Source of the DNA: Chiloscyllium plagiosum
Lineage: Eukaryota
DNA length: 64,000 nt
NCBI RefSeq assembly: GCF_004010195.1
Contig: NC_057752.1
Location: 7,216,063-7,280,062 of the forward strand
Reading direction: 5' to 3'
Shown here: positions 52,557 through 64,000 of the stretch, piece by piece
Layout of the letters: each line of letters begins with the position of its first letter
Numbering within the stretch: position 1 is the first letter of the stretch
Notes under the pieces: generated by a model
What the model was told of the DNA's origin: nothing
Databases searched by the model: none
What the model saw: only the letters and a program-made list of their open reading frames with translations
Translations under genes and position numbers: made by a program

Positions 52557-52756
52557 CACTGGATAAAGCACAACAGGTCAGGCAGGGTCTGAGGAGCAAG
52601 AGAGTCGACGATTCGTGCGTAACCCTTCATCAAGTCTTACGCTGAATTGTCGACTCTCTTGCTCCTCAGATCCTGCCTGACCTACTGTGCTTTAACCAGT
52701 GCCACACTTTATCGACTCTGACTTCTCTAGCATCTGCAGTCCTCACGATCTCCTAC
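52557..52756. mobile_element. Fold-back mini-element, same family as 15210, opposite orientation, hammerhead decayed
   Basis: 13-bp TSD aaatataaaatgg (52544-52556, 52757-52769); inverted arms about 52554-52609 and 52649-52704. Confidence 0.8.
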
Positions 52757-52801
52757 AAATATAAAATGGACACATCAGGGCTAAGTATTCATAAGTCAAA
52801 C

Positions 52802-52939
52802 AAAGACAAAGAACTGCAGATGCTGGAGATTTGCAACACACAAAAACAGAAATTGTTGAAGAAACTCAGCAGGTCTGGCAGAATCTGTGGCACGAAGAGA
52901 GAGTTAACCTTTCAAGTCCGGTGACCCTTCTTCAGAACT
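52802..52939 (-). mobile_element. Related single-arm mini-element with a hammerhead-like motif
   Basis: Minus strand agtt CTGAAGA agggtcaccggactt GAAA ggtt aact; shares the actgcagatgctggag end. Confidence 0.65.
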
Positions 52940-53033
52940 TTTAAGTTACCAAGTTCTACTGTCTAACCTTCCTTAATTCACCCACAATTCTGTGCAAACT
53001 GATCATTGGTAGCAAGTTAAGTCACAACTAGAA

Positions 53034-53261
53034 TTTAGATTAGATTAGATTACTTACATTGAGGAAACAGGCCCTTCGGCCCAACATGTCCACACCGCCC
53101 CACCGAAGCGCAACCCACCCATACCCCTACATTTACCCCTTACCTAACACTACGGGCAATTTAGCATGGTCAATTCACCTAACCTGCACATCCTTGGACT
53201 GTGGGAGGAAACTGGAGCACCCGGAGGAAACCCACGCAGACACAGGGAGAACGTGCAAACT
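53034..53261 (-). mobile_element. 5'-truncated HE1-type SINE
   Basis: Nearly identical to 17823-18045. Confidence 0.88.
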
Positions 53262-53887
53262 CTTCAACGTGACACGCATAAGTAACAAATAATTTACCAA
53301 AGTTTGTAAGCTGTAATCTAGAAAATCAGTTGTTGCTCACATAAATGGGAACCCGCCAAATGTTGAACAAATGCGGACATGAAGTCCTTCTAAAATAAGA
53401 ATAGAAACATTGAAAATACTAGCAGCAGGTTTGGTAGCATTGGTGGAGAGAGCTTAGATTAGCTATTACTGGTTACAGCTAAGTAGAAACTGTTGTGTAC
53501 AACAGTGAAGCACTTCCAGGAAAGGGTATTGCAAAGGCTTTTGCATTTTTGCAGAAATTAGGTTCCTTTCAAAAGGCTTTGTGAATTTGTTCACAATCCT
53601 ATTTTAATGATTTCCACACTTGAGGATCAAAGGTGTGTTCAATGATTTAAACACATTTATAATATTTTTCAAGTTTCCCATATTAACATATATACGTAAT
53701 GTGCATATGAAAGCTTTCCTCGTGTCATCCAAGTTCAGGAGAGTAAGAAGCAATTATTGTGAAAGGAACTTGCAACGTGAATGAATAAAGTACAAACCTC
53801 TTAAGAAACTTTTCATTTTGGGTAGGATTTTCCTCAGGGATGCTTGTAGTTGCCACCAAGAAAGGTGCAATCTTGCTGATGTGTTAA

Positions 53888-54205
53888 TGGCAGTATGGTG
53901 GCTCAATGGTTAGCACTGTTGCTGCACAGTACCAGGACTCTGGTTCGATTCCATCCTCAGGTGACTGCCTGTGTGGAGTTTGCACAGGTTTCCACAGGGT
54001 GCTTTGGTTTCCTCCCACAGTCCAAAGATGTGCAGGTTAGATGGATTGGCCATGCTAAATTGCCCTGTTGGGTCCAGGGTTATTCAGGTTAAGTGGGTTA
54101 GCTATGGTAAATGCAAGGGTTATGGGGATAGAGTGAATTGCCCTTCGCAGGTTCAGTGCAGACTTGATGGGCTAAATGTCCTCCAAGTGTGCTGTAGGGA
54201 TTCTA
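53888..54205 (+). mobile_element. Older HE1-type SINE
   Basis: tggctcaatggttagcact, ggttcgattcc and the conserved HE1 body. Confidence 0.8.
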
Positions 54206-54925
54206 CTCCACGATTCTAAGACAATTCAAGATCACGTTGCTACCTGCAGCCTTTCCATGTGACTTGATAGCTAATGTGGCAGGGGCCTGGCTGTAGATAC
54301 ATATCCACCCTTTCATCTAGCAGATGGCCTGGGGAAGGGAGTGGTCATTTTATAAATGATTGTGTGTGTCTGGCATTTCAGTTTACTTCAGTGAATTTAA
54401 TTGGAGCAGATAATTTTGTTGGTAGCTGTACTGCAGGGTTAGAGTTGCCCTCGTTCACAAAAAAAAGGACAATATTTTGGGGGGGTGTTGGACAGTAGGG
54501 TCAGGATGGAAGAAAAATACAAGAAGAGTGCCATTTTTCAAACAAAATAATTACTGCATGATCCTAAATTTAAATGGTGAATTTCCAAAGTTATTCTGTT
54601 AAATACTGCCTGAAATTTGCCAGTATCTTGGATTTCTTTCCTGTGATCTTTATGACCATTGTCCTCACTTCATTGCTTTCTCACACAGTTGATTTCTCTA
54701 AGTTTTAAGAAACAATCCTTTCGTGTTAAAAATACCGTCTTTAAGTTTCCTATGTAAAACATACCCACCGTTTCCTGAATAGATATCAAATGAGTTTATG
54801 GCATATCTGGGACTGTAGTAGTAATCCCTTTTGGATCAAGGTTCAAATTGTTTTTCCATAGTGGAGAGATCCTGGAATTATACATCCAAGGGTGCATGAC
54901 CAGCACAAGAGAATACCTGATTAGA

Positions 54926-55995
54926 CTTTGGTTTTATTTATTCGTGGGACACGGACATGGACATGCCTGAACTGCTGTGCTCTTCCAGCACCACTAATCC
55001 ATCACTGGCTGGCCAGTATTTATTGCCCGTACCTAACTGCCCTTGAGAACGTGGTGGTGAGCTGCCTTTTTGAACCACTGCAGTCCATATGCCGTAGATT
55101 GACCCACAAAGCCCTCAGGGAGGCTATTCCAAGATTGTGACTCAGCAATAGTAAAGAAACTGTGATATATTTCCAAGTCAGGATCGTGTGCAACTTGGAG
55201 GGGAACTTACAGGGGATCGTGTTCACATGTAACTGCTGCCCTTGTCCTTCTAGATGCAAGTGACCATGGGTTAGGAGGGTGCGCCTAAGGATCTTTGGTG
55301 AATTTCTGCAGCGCATTTTGTAGATAGTACGCACTGCTTGTGGTGCAAGGAGTGCATGCTTGTGGATATGGTGCCAATCAAGTGGGTTACTTTGTCCTGG
55401 ATGGTGTGAAGCTTCTTGAGTGCTACTGGGCACCCATCTAGGCAAATGTGGAGTATTCCATGTCACTCCTGACTTGTGCCTTGTAGATGGACAGGCTTTA
55501 GGGAGTCAGGAGTGTTACTTGACACAGAATTCCTAGCCTCTGCCCTGCTCTTGTAACCACTATGTTTATATGGTGAGTCAAGTTCTGTTTCTGGCCAATG
55601 GTAACCCCAGGATGTCGATAGTGGGGGAAACTTTTCAAGGGGCAGTGGTCAAATCATCTGACTGGAGATAGTCACTGACAGGCATTTGAACAGTGCAAAT
55701 GTTATTTGCCACATCTCAGCGCAAAACTTGATATTGTCCAGATCTTGATGTACTTGAACATGGACTGCTTCAGTATCTGAGGAGTTGCGAATAGTGCTTA
55801 ACCTTTGTGCAATCATTGGCAAAAATCCCTACTTCTGATCTTATGATGGAGGGGAGGTCATTGCAGATGTAGCTGAAGATGGTTGGGCCTAGGACATTAG
55901 CCTGAGGAACTCCTGCAGTGATGTTCTGGAGGGGAGATGACTGACCTCCAACAGCCACAACCATCTTATGTGCCAAGTATGACTTCAACCAGAAA
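54926..55995 (-). mobile_element. 3' part of the tRNA-headed LINE family
   Basis: GVPQANVLGPTIFS..CNDLPSIIRSEVGIFAND; family tail; small fold-back-element fragment inserted at about 54964-55000. Confidence 0.85.
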
Positions 55996-56197
55996 GACTT
56001 CCGGTTCTTATTCTTGTATGCTCGAGAACAAATCAAAATTCTCTATTTCTTAAAAAACTAATAATATCCTCATAACCTTGAGAGGTTTCAATTTGGATTT
56101 TATTTGATTCTAGGTACCTTCTGTTCAAGCATAAAAGTGAATAGCTGTGCAGAAGTGTTAACTGCTGACTTTGAGTTGAGGAGAAATTGTTTGAAAT

Positions 56198-56620
56198 AAC
56201 ACAACACTGGACAAACAGGCAGATAACTAGCTACCAGGATACATGAACATCAACTAGCCACAAAAAGACATTCACTCTCACTAGTATCCTTACATACATA
56301 AGAGGAAGGACACCACTTCAACTGGGACAACACATCCATTCTAGGACAAGCCAAACAGACACGCACGAGAATTCCTAGAAGCATGGCATTCCAACCAGAA
56401 CTTTATCAACAAGCACATCGACTTGGACCCTGTTTACCAGCCCCTGTGAAAACGAACAGGAAATGACATCACCAACCCAAGGAAACCTAAATACACAAAT
56501 AGAAAGCAGGCCATACTGCCAGTGCTTCAGTTGGAGGCTCACTACTGATGTTACTTAGTATGGTGATGAAACATCTCGAAACAAATCTTCCAGCTCAGTG
56601 AGCAAACCGGCATCCACATA
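56198..56620 (+). mobile_element. Penelope-like element 3' fragment (GIY-YIG C-terminus and pLTR)
   Basis: GQTGR.LATRIHEHQLA...HHFNWDNTSILGQ...REFLEAWHS. Confidence 0.88.
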
Positions 56621-57169
56621 TTTGTTGATTGTACAATGTTCAGCAACATTCACAATTCTTCAGATACTGAAGTGGTTTATCTGCAGTGTTAGGACTTTCT
56701 GGGGTAGTGCACTAGAAACCAAGTCCTGCTATTCCCAGAAGCATTGCAAAAGTTAAAGATTAAGTAGTATGCAGAATTCACTATTTTTGCTTGACTTTTT
56801 CAGATTTAGGTTGACAAAGCACAGACTGGTTTCTGTACAGTACTTACGAATTGCTATTTAAAGTAGATTGACTCTAGCTGCAGAGAAACAATTATTATGA
56901 ATCGTTGGCATATAAATCTACCCCTCATGCAAACTTGCTCTCTTCCCCCACCCAAACAGACATATACATGAAAACAAACTGTGGTCACTCAAAATGAGCG
57001 TTGTGAATAAGATAGTAATTCAGACAATGCATACTGGAAGTAATTATGGGTGGAAGGAAAAATTAAAAAGGCAGTTCAGTGGTCTGTGTTTCCAGGTGAT
57101 ATGTAGTTGACTTGAAGCGCGTTACACCCAAAACTGCTAATGGTTGTATAGAAAACTTCAGACAGAAAG

Positions 57170-57242
57170 TTAGATTAGATTAGATTAGATTACTTACAGT
57201 GTGGAAACAGGCTCTTTGGCCCAACAAGTCCACACCGACCCT
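57170..57242 (-). mobile_element. HE1-type SINE 3' tail
   Basis: (TTAGA)n then cttacagtgtggaaacaggc. Confidence 0.8.
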
Positions 57243-57276
57243 CTTGAAAGGTATTTTGTAAATTACATTATTTTTG

Positions 57277-57785
57277 CTTGTTGTAACTGTAACAAACTCT
57301 ACATTGAACAAACAGGCTAAAAACTAGCCACCAGGATACATGAACATCAACTAGCCACAAAAACCCACTCTCACTGGTATCCTTACATACAGATGAGGAA
57401 GGATACCACTTCGACTGGGACAACACACCCATCATAGGACAAGCCAAACAGAGACACGCACGAGAATTCCTAGAAGCATGGCATTTCAACCAGAACTCTA
57501 TCAACAAACATATCGACAAATGGGTGACCCCATTTATCACCCCATGAGAAAAGAATAGAAAATGACATCACCACATGAAATGATGTCACCACAGGAAATG
57601 ACATCACCAACCCAAGGAAACAAACAAATAGAAAGTGGGCCATACCACCAGTGCTTCATCCAGAGGCTCACTGATGATGTTAACTAGTATGGTGACGAAA
57701 CATCTGAAAACGAACCTTCCAGCTCAGCGAGCAAACCTACATCAAGAACCTCAACATGAGCTACAAGTCTTCTCAAATTTCGCTA
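57277..57785 (+). mobile_element. Penelope-like element 3' fragment (GIY-YIG C-terminus and pLTR)
   Basis: C.NCNKLYI.QTG.KLATRIHEHQLA...REFLEAWH; hammerhead motif in the 3' part. Confidence 0.9.
57668..57707 (+). ncRNA. Minimal hammerhead motif in the Penelope pLTR
   Basis: tca CTGATGA t gttaac tagtat ggtgac GAAA CATC tga. Confidence 0.6.
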
Positions 57786-59122
57786 TCAACAATTATCTCC
57801 ACTTCTGATGTTATGGTGGAGGGAAGGTCATAATGAGGCAGCTGAAGGAGGTTGGGCCTAGGACACCAACCTGAGGAACTCCTGCAGAGATATCTTGGAA
57901 TGTAGATGACTAACCTCCAACAAACACAACCCATCTTCTCCTTTGTGCGAGGTATGACTCCAACCACGGAGGTTTTCCAACTGGCTCACATTGACTCCAG
58001 TTTTGCCAGGGTTCTTTGATACACTTAGTCAAAAGGTTGCCATGCTGTCAAGGACAGTTGCTTGCTTTGACTTTTGACCATGTTTGAACCAAGGCTGCAA
58101 TGAGGTTATGAGTTGAGGGGCCCTGGCGTAATCCAAACTGAGGTGCTGGGTTCCCTCATCATGATTAGTGGAGCATCCTCCTCTAGTGAGTTCTTCAACT
58201 GGCCACCATCATTCACAGTTGAATATGGTAGGACTGCAGAGCTTAAATCTGATTGGTGTGGGATCACTTCGCCCCCATCTTTTGCATGCTGCTTCTGCTA
58301 TTTGGCACAGAAGTTTTGTGGTTTCACTAGGTTAACACCTCATTTTTACATATGCCTGATGCTGCTCTTGGCATGCCCTCCTGCATTCTCCATTGAACCA
58401 GAGCTGATCTCCTGGCATAAATGGTAGATATGCCACGTCTTGAAGTTACAGATAGTGGTTGAATGCAATTCAGCCGCTGATGGCTGACAGCACCTCATGG
58501 ATACCCAATTTTGAGTTGCTAAATCTATTCAAGTCTTTCGCATTTAGCAGAGTGACTGTGCCACACAACAGAGAAGGCATGCACATTACGAAAATGTGAG
58601 TTTTTCTCTACAAGGACTGCATTTCTACAGATTCTGTCATAGGTGCTAGTGGGACAGGACACACCTGGAAATGGTGACATCTGGGACAACTCCCGTAAGG
58701 TACGATTCTACAAGTATGACCATCTTTGGCTGTTTCTTGACTTGTCTGGGAAACAGCTCTCTCCATTTTGGCACTAGTCCCCAGATGTTCGCAAGGAGAA
58801 CTTTGCTGTCGTCATTTCTGGTGTCTAGGTTTATGCCAATTGGTCCATCTTCTTTCATTGTTTTGTTGAAATTTTACAGCAGTTTACTACAACTGAGTGG
58901 CTTTCTAGGCCATTTCAGAAGTCAGACAAGAGTCAATCGCAAGGCTGAGAGTCTAAAATCACGTTTTGGCAGACTTCCTTCCCCAAAAGAAGTTGGTAAA
59001 CCACAATTGTGTGTAGCTTTTTAAATTCCAGATATCTTTTTGATTGAATTCAAATTTCATTATCTGTCATGGTGGGATTTGTACTCATGTCCCCAGAACA
59101 TTAGTTGGAGGTTGTGGATTAC
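57786..59122 (-). mobile_element. 5' part of a second tRNA-headed LINE copy, internally deleted
   Basis: Head (ctaatgttctggggacatgagtacaaatcccacc) leading into the APE start KVLLANIWGLVPK...VILVESYL; RT piece at 57786-58110. Confidence 0.78.
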
Positions 59123-60977
59123 ATTGTAACGAGGGAGTAGCATTGTGGTAAACTGTTTGCATTTCTAAGTGCTATTTTACAATTCTACATTGTTCTAAGT
59201 ATTTTCTTTGTAAATATATATGCTCTATGAAATATCAGAGCATATATACCACCTACAAATGTTAAGCGAATGGTGGTGTAGTGGCAATGATAATGGATTG
59301 TGTTCTTGAAGTCTTGACTAACTGTCTGTACCATGACACCTGGCAGAATTCAAATTAATTAACAAATCTGGATTTTAAGGTATCCTTAGTAATATTTTCT
59401 TCTATACATGTCTCCTATATAAGGCCTGCTTTTTCAAAACTCTCCTCATGGATAACATTCCAAATTTTCAATGAATGCACAGAATTTCTGAACCAGGATT
59501 AAGTCAAAATGCTTAGGTGATCACAAATTAGTCGTCTTAGAACAATCCTGTCTCTATTCAAATGCAGACTTATACCAACCGAACTTGAATCAGAGAAGCT
59601 TAAAATTAATCAAAGAGTTTGCTCTACATCTTCTGAAAAACTATCTAGTTTTAGAAAACTAAAGCACTTTAAATCATGTGACTTAAAAACAATTTAATTG
59701 CATCACTAAGGGCTCAAAAATACTCTCTAATGCCCTCCGAAATACTGAGTGAACTATGTCTGCATTTTACTTAGGACTTGCTTCCAATGATATGGTCAGG
59801 ATCAAAAACTGTATCAGTTAACTTTTTTTTAAAAAGGTGACTCACTAGACCTACTTGTATAGGATAGCATGCGGGCCAAAATTAAGAAAAAGCTTTTAAT
59901 GTTGGTGGCAATGAATCAGCTTCTGCATTTAGCCAGAGATCTGATATTTAAGATAAATATTTCATTGATCATTGTCAGTAACAATGGTCACTCAAAAAGA
60001 ATATGGATTGGACTGTAATTCCAGATAATTCATAAAAGAAGCAACCTGACAACCTTTGAGTTGGTCATTGTATTTCCAAATCATGCCATCTCCAGATTTT
60101 ATGTAGCCCAGTATTTTACTATATCTGGAGCTTGTTAAGATTGGCTTCCTCAGTTAAAGGATCAAGTGAGAATAATCCTAATCTATAGCATCTTACTTTA
60201 GCTTCTCGCATTTGGGCAACAAATTGAGCATCAAATATCTAGAGAATGAAAAGATCAACACACAATTTACACAAGTAGGGATCTCTCCAAAGAATATGTT
60301 GAACAATTTTGATAATGTCAGAATTATCCTGAATTATATGAAATACCTGGAATACTGTACTGCTAGCTTTATTACCAAATAATGAAATCCACGATAATGA
60401 GAACATGGTAAGTATCTGGAACACTGAAACAAAGCACTGGAAGACAGTGGCACAAAGATCAGTAGATCAAAGATCCAATGTATGGACTGTCAGTTTGAAC
60501 ATACAGAAGAGGATCAGAGTGACAGTGTAAAGAATATGGGTGAAAACTTGGAAAAAAGGAGTAGTTTCAAGTACCTGGGGTCAGTGGTGGCAGATGATCC
60601 AAGTTTGGAATTGGAAATTAAGCAACTGATTAGGTTTGGGTTTGAGTAATTGGAAGATGTGAAGTGGCGAATTGTATGAAAGTTGCTCTTCTTGTCATAG
60701 GCTTCTTCTCTCCTGTGCTTGCTGATAGGGAGCTCACAAGTGAGGATCTCAAAAGAAGCCCTCAAAAAAAATAAAAAAATGCTGTATGCCTTGTTAATCA
60801 ACCAGCATTGTGATAATCCCCCCAAAAATTAGGGGGAGCAAAAAGTAGTAGTGAAAATTGGGCAGAAGCAGGGTAAAAAGTGAAAACTACAGGAGCTTAT
60901 GCTTTGATTGTTAACATTATGCTTACGGTGTTGAATATAGTGATCATTTGCTTTGAAGAATTTGAATTGTTGTCTAG

Positions 60978-61149
60978 GACACTGGGAGAATTGCCCCGCT
61001 CTTCAAAACAAAATAGCATCAGGATCTTTTGCATTGATGTGAAAGGAGAAGGGTCCTTGATTTAAGGTGCCATTTGCACGAACAGTACAGCATGCCCAAA
61101 ATTGGATGCTCAAGTCTCAAGAAGTAGGGCTTGAACCCATAATCTTCTG
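60978..61149 (-). mobile_element. Deu-domain SINE fragment
   Basis: Minus strand gggttcaagccc B box, aaaagatcc...gaagagcggggcaattctcccagtgtcc. Confidence 0.5.
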
Positions 61150-61362
61150 TGTATATTACAAAATATATATATATGTCTCTAACCATGGTTTAAATTTGGG
61201 GTTGCCTATGTACAAGAACACTCTTGACCATCAAGTTTGAAATTTTCTACAGGAAAAGACAAAATTACATAAGCATTAAAAAATTCAGCTCAAGCAATAT
61301 TAAGAATCTTTAATAGTAAATATATCTAGACAGTCCCCTAAGCAAGGTTTAATCTCATTGTT

Positions 61363-61460
61363 TTGAAGGAGGTTCACTGGACTGAAAACGTTAACTCTGC
61401 TTTCTTTCCATGGATGCTGTCAGACCTGTTGAGTTTCTCCAGCAATTTCTGTTTTTATTT
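61363..61460 (+). mobile_element. Decayed single-arm mini-element, same type as 52802
   Basis: tgaaggaggttcactggactgaaaacgttaactctg...gatgctgtcagacctgttgagtttctccagcaatttctg. Confidence 0.6.
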
Positions 61461-63069
61461 TAATCTCATTCAAATTGTCTTTGCTTTGCAATTAAAATAA
61501 TTCCCAATTGGAGGATCACTGCATTTTATAGAACTATCTATGCAGTTATGTAATGATCCTACTCTTCACTTCATACAATAACATATTCAGAAAAGTTAAC
61601 TAAGCAGGTTGTTGCAATACAGAATGTCATTAACAATAAACCTTGTCCCTGGTCATGTTCGCATAGGATATCCAAAAAAAGTCAAATCTCTTTCCACTAC
61701 AATATTTTACCTGTCTCATCAGCAGTTACATTTCTGGAGATTTGTGGTTTAACATGCCTCTTTTCCCACCTCCCAACCCCCACCTACTGTATCCAAAAAT
61801 AAGAAACCATATTGCACCTGGATTATAACAATGGTCTGTCATTTCTCTCTTTCAGAGCACACAGTGATATTTTTCAGACAACTGCTAATGTACGCTATGT
61901 CATACAAGCTGTAACAAGTGTAAAGATTACCCTGCATGGCAAGCTATCATAAGACAAACTATTCCCTACTACTCTGTGGTTTTCCTGCACACCAATCTGT
62001 TTAAATGTTAATTTTGCTTCCAAACCAGTATTGATGTCTCACTCAAATGTACACAGATCAACAATATTTAATCTAAAAAGAAAAGTTTGGCCGTGGTTGT
62101 GGAACAGTTTTTAAACGAAAAAAATTTGGCAAAACCATGCGCTGCAGGAACTTTGGAGAGACACACTTACTCAGATAAATTCAGATATCTTTATCGAAGC
62201 ATAAAGTTGCACTGCTTGCATATTTGGGTCACTGCAAAACAACAGAAGACAACAGTCTCCATTTTTAAGGTTTGTTGGTTTAAGCATTGGATATTCTGAA
62301 TTTGTAACTCCAAAAGCCCCATTCATTTCATTTCTCAATACATGACAATGATTGGAAATTGTATTCATTTGCTGAATGCTGCATATATTTACATATTATT
62401 CACTAGTAGCCCCAAAGACAACATTTACCAATTCCTAAATAACTTGCAATATACTTTCCACAAATGGAGTTTCATATTATTCATCTAAAGGTTAATTTGA
62501 TATAAACAAATCTTTTTGATAAAAGCTTAATATTCTCTCTAGATACCATGAAAATCTAAGTTCTCAATGTTACACTTTACTAAAAGCTGACGGGAATCAA
62601 TGAATGTGTCTGAAGTTGTTTCTATGATTAGGAGAATACTGGACTTAGGGCTCTGTTCAAAGTGTAATGATCGAACTGCTGAAGTACAAATAACCAAAGT
62701 CCTTGAGCAGTTTGATGCAGACAACTACACGAGAATGTTATATGGGAAAACAAAGTGGGTCACAATTTTAAAGTGAGATTTGATGACAATTATTTTTCAA
62801 AAAGTCAGTGCTGAACATTCTGCTAGCAAGATAAGCTTGTTTATCCAAAGATATCAAATGCTCGGGAGTATGGAAACTGAAACTAATTAGAGCAGGAGAG
62901 ATCTCAGATACGATTTATGCGTCAGGGTGATCACAAGACTCAACAGGTTGAGAATGTAAAACCAGTGCATCAAAAACAATACATCATTTAACAAGAAAAT
63001 TGTATATATTGCATGTAAAAATGAGGGGCTTACCACTTTGTACATCATTCTTCTTACCATAGTATTTCT

Positions 63070-64000
63070 TAAATGGAGGAGGGGAGGGATTGGAAAGTGT
63101 AGAAGTACAAAGGGACTTGGGTGCCCTCATCAATCAGTCACTGAAGCCTAACATGCAGATGCAGCAAGTTAGCAGAAAAGTTAATAAAATGTTAGCGTTA
63201 ATTGCAAGAGGATCGCAGTACAGGAATATTGAAGCCTTGCTTCGATTACCAACGAACTTGATTCGATTGCACCTAGAGTACCATGTGCACTTTTCATCTC
63301 ATCTCAGGAAAGATATTAAAGAGGGAGTGCAATGAAGGTTCATCAAACTTGTTCTGGGGATGGTGGCACAGCTAAAAGGAAATAGATTGGGCAAATGGGC
63401 AGCACCGGTGACAGCAGACTCCTTCAAGATGCTGGTACTAACAAGGCAACATCTTCAGCCAAAGCAGGACTCGTGGCCCAGCAGCAGCCTACCCTCACAG
63501 CAAAGCCAGGGACTCTTAGTTGCGGGGCAAGTGTGGGTTCAGCGGCATGAGCGAAGTGGGCCCAGTGGCAAAGAGATGGTGCCTCAAATGGGGTAATTTC
63601 AACTCTGGTGGGCCCAGTGCAGGCAGCAGAGGTCTCTCTCTTGACTGGGTCAGAAAGACTGACATTCTGAACTTTTCACTATTTTTTCTAATTTATCCCT
63701 ATGGCCTATAATGCTGCACTGTTTATTTCTTTACTTTCCTTTTTTTGTTTCCTAAGAATTTGATCTTAAGTATCTGTACCTGGGTATCTTTGTACCCAAG
63801 ATGTGGCAACGGTAAACTTGTCACTGTACTCATTTGAGTACGTGAAAATAAATTCAATTCAATGTATTTTCAGGAACTTCGAAGAATGAGGGGTGACCTC
63901 ACTGAAATCTACAAAATACTTAAAAGGGAATAGACAAGGTAGCTGCCAGGTAATATTTTTCCCTGGTTGGAGAGACTAGAATCAGGAGGCACAAGTTAAA
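63070..64000 (+). mobile_element. CR1-group LINE 3' fragment with an insertion at about 63385-63862
   Basis: QRDLG.L..QSLK...HLEY...LRKDI in ORF 63090; resumes gaagaatgaggggtgacctc after the insert. Confidence 0.75.
63385..63862 (+). mobile_element. Unclassified non-coding retroposon
   Basis: GC-rich 5' part, T-rich middle, ends aataaattcaattcaa; interrupts the CR1. Confidence 0.5.

Noticed and set aside
62600..62776. 58-aa plus-strand ORF MNVSEVVSMIRRILDLGLCSKC...
   Set aside because: In-frame stop just upstream, no fitting splice sites, no recognisable family.
1..64000. CRISPR arrays, operons or prokaryote-style genes from the ORF track
   Set aside because: The DNA is eukaryotic and intron-rich; no repeat-spacer array; the ORFs are TE remnants or random.

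Overview
Vertebrate genomic DNA, most likely from a cartilaginous fish (shark), judged by HE1-type SINEs, HER1/CR1 LINEs and Deu-domain SINEs. The window is intronic sequence plus six coding exons of SPATS2 on the minus strand (38888-38809, 25433-25325, 21868-21819, 16523-16253, 14799-14593, 4542-4407). All six have GT-AG boundaries and mutually consistent phases. The ATG exon and the 3' exons were not found. The introns are dense with decayed retroelements: two L1s, many CR1 pieces, RTE, Rex1, Penelope, a solo LTR, a TA-flanked MITE and several SINE families. Most ORFs in the supplied track are TE remnants or chance ORFs. Two systems stand out. (1) A set of non-coding, fold-back, TSD-flanked Penelope-type mini-elements whose inverted arms carry minimal hammerhead ribozyme motifs; the clearest is a near-perfect 90-bp hairpin at 15210-15428. 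(2) A LINE family in which a tRNA-like Pol III head runs straight into an APE/RT ORF2 with no ORF1. It is present as two independent long copies, plus SINEs made of only its head and tail. Repeat family names come from recognition, not from a database search, and many repeat boundaries are approximate.
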